33,648 nt of DNA from Gemmatimonadales bacterium (GTDB lineage: Bacteria; Gemmatimonadota; Gemmatimonadetes; Gemmatimonadales; GWC2-71-9), in the NCBI GenBank assembly GCA_050733295.1, contig JBOHSQ010000104.1, positions 1-33,648 of the forward strand, read 5' to 3'. The position numbers and the translations under genes were made by a program. The notes beneath the pieces are model-generated. The model was not told the origin of the DNA. It worked only from the letters and a program-made list of their open reading frames with translations, and did no database searches. Numbering within the stretch: position 1 is the stretch's first letter; each line of letters opens with the position of its first letter. This document shows positions 33,497-33,648 of the stretch, one piece after another.

Positions 33497-33569
33497 GTGA
33501 GGGCGGTGGGGATCGAACCCACGACCGTCGGATTAAAAGTCCGCTGCTCTCCCAACTGAGCTACGCCCT
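33497..33569 (-). tRNA. tRNA-Lys (anticodon TTT)
   Basis: The reverse complement gagggcgtagctcagttgggagagcagcggactTTTaatccgacggtcgtgggttcgatccccaccgccctca has a 7-bp acceptor gagggcg/cgccctc, D-arm gctc/gagc, anticodon loop ctTTTaa and T-arm gtggg/cccac. There is one mismatch at the top of the anticodon stem. Confidence 0.9.
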
Positions 33570-33648
33570 CACCGGGAAACGTCGCATCGGGAAGCGCCCC
33601 GTACAAGACGTCCGGGGGAGGGGGCTACGCCTGTACAAGACCCCAGGG

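Noticed and set aside
33570-33648. Duplicated GTACAAGAC (minus strand cTTGTAC) upstream of tRNA-Lys as a promoter -35 pair
   Set aside because: TTGTAC resembles the -35 seen upstream of tRNA-Asn, but no acceptable -10 hexamer follows at 16-18 nt. The window also ends here, so the context is incomplete.

Overview
Chromosomal segment from a very GC-rich bacterium. Third codon positions are almost uniformly G/C, and long Arg/Pro/Gly/Ala-rich shadow ORFs lie opposite every real gene. I support about 30 protein genes, 2 tRNAs, a few intrinsic terminators and many short tandem-repeat arrays. Gene content is housekeeping or accessory metabolism: pckA (5' end off the window), an HD phosphohydrolase, a DUF4281 membrane protein, an aldehyde dehydrogenase/PP2C phosphatase/triple-FHA operon, an MsbA-like ABC exporter with a flippase-like membrane protein, uvrA, a glycosidase-like lipoprotein with a PLP decarboxylase, an operon of formylglycine-generating enzyme + DUF1622 + MarC + DUF202 + arylsulfatase, an MliC-type lipoprotein, an Ogt-AlkA fusion, a CPA2 antiporter, tRNA-Asn, holB, moaC, two lytic transglycosylases, three small unknown ORFs, a second large arylsulfatase and tRNA-Lys. 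I see no transposase, integrase, CRISPR array or recognisable defence gene. The most unusual signal is a dispersed family of G-rich 9-10 bp tandem repeats (consensus GACGGGCRG, plus heptamer, octamer and GGGA variants). It occurs about once per 3 kb and is G-rich on the + strand in every copy I found. It abuts stop codons in intergenic DNA and is inserted in frame into essential genes (three times in uvrA; also the FHA gene, moaC and probably holB). Secondary candidates are the sulfatase operon with three small membrane proteins, a three-gene cassette of tiny unknown ORFs, an MliC lipoprotein gene without a canonical start codon, and a nested palindromic element around a bidirectional terminator. 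All coordinates and counts were derived by eye from the sequence. No database search was possible, so family assignments rest on remembered motifs.
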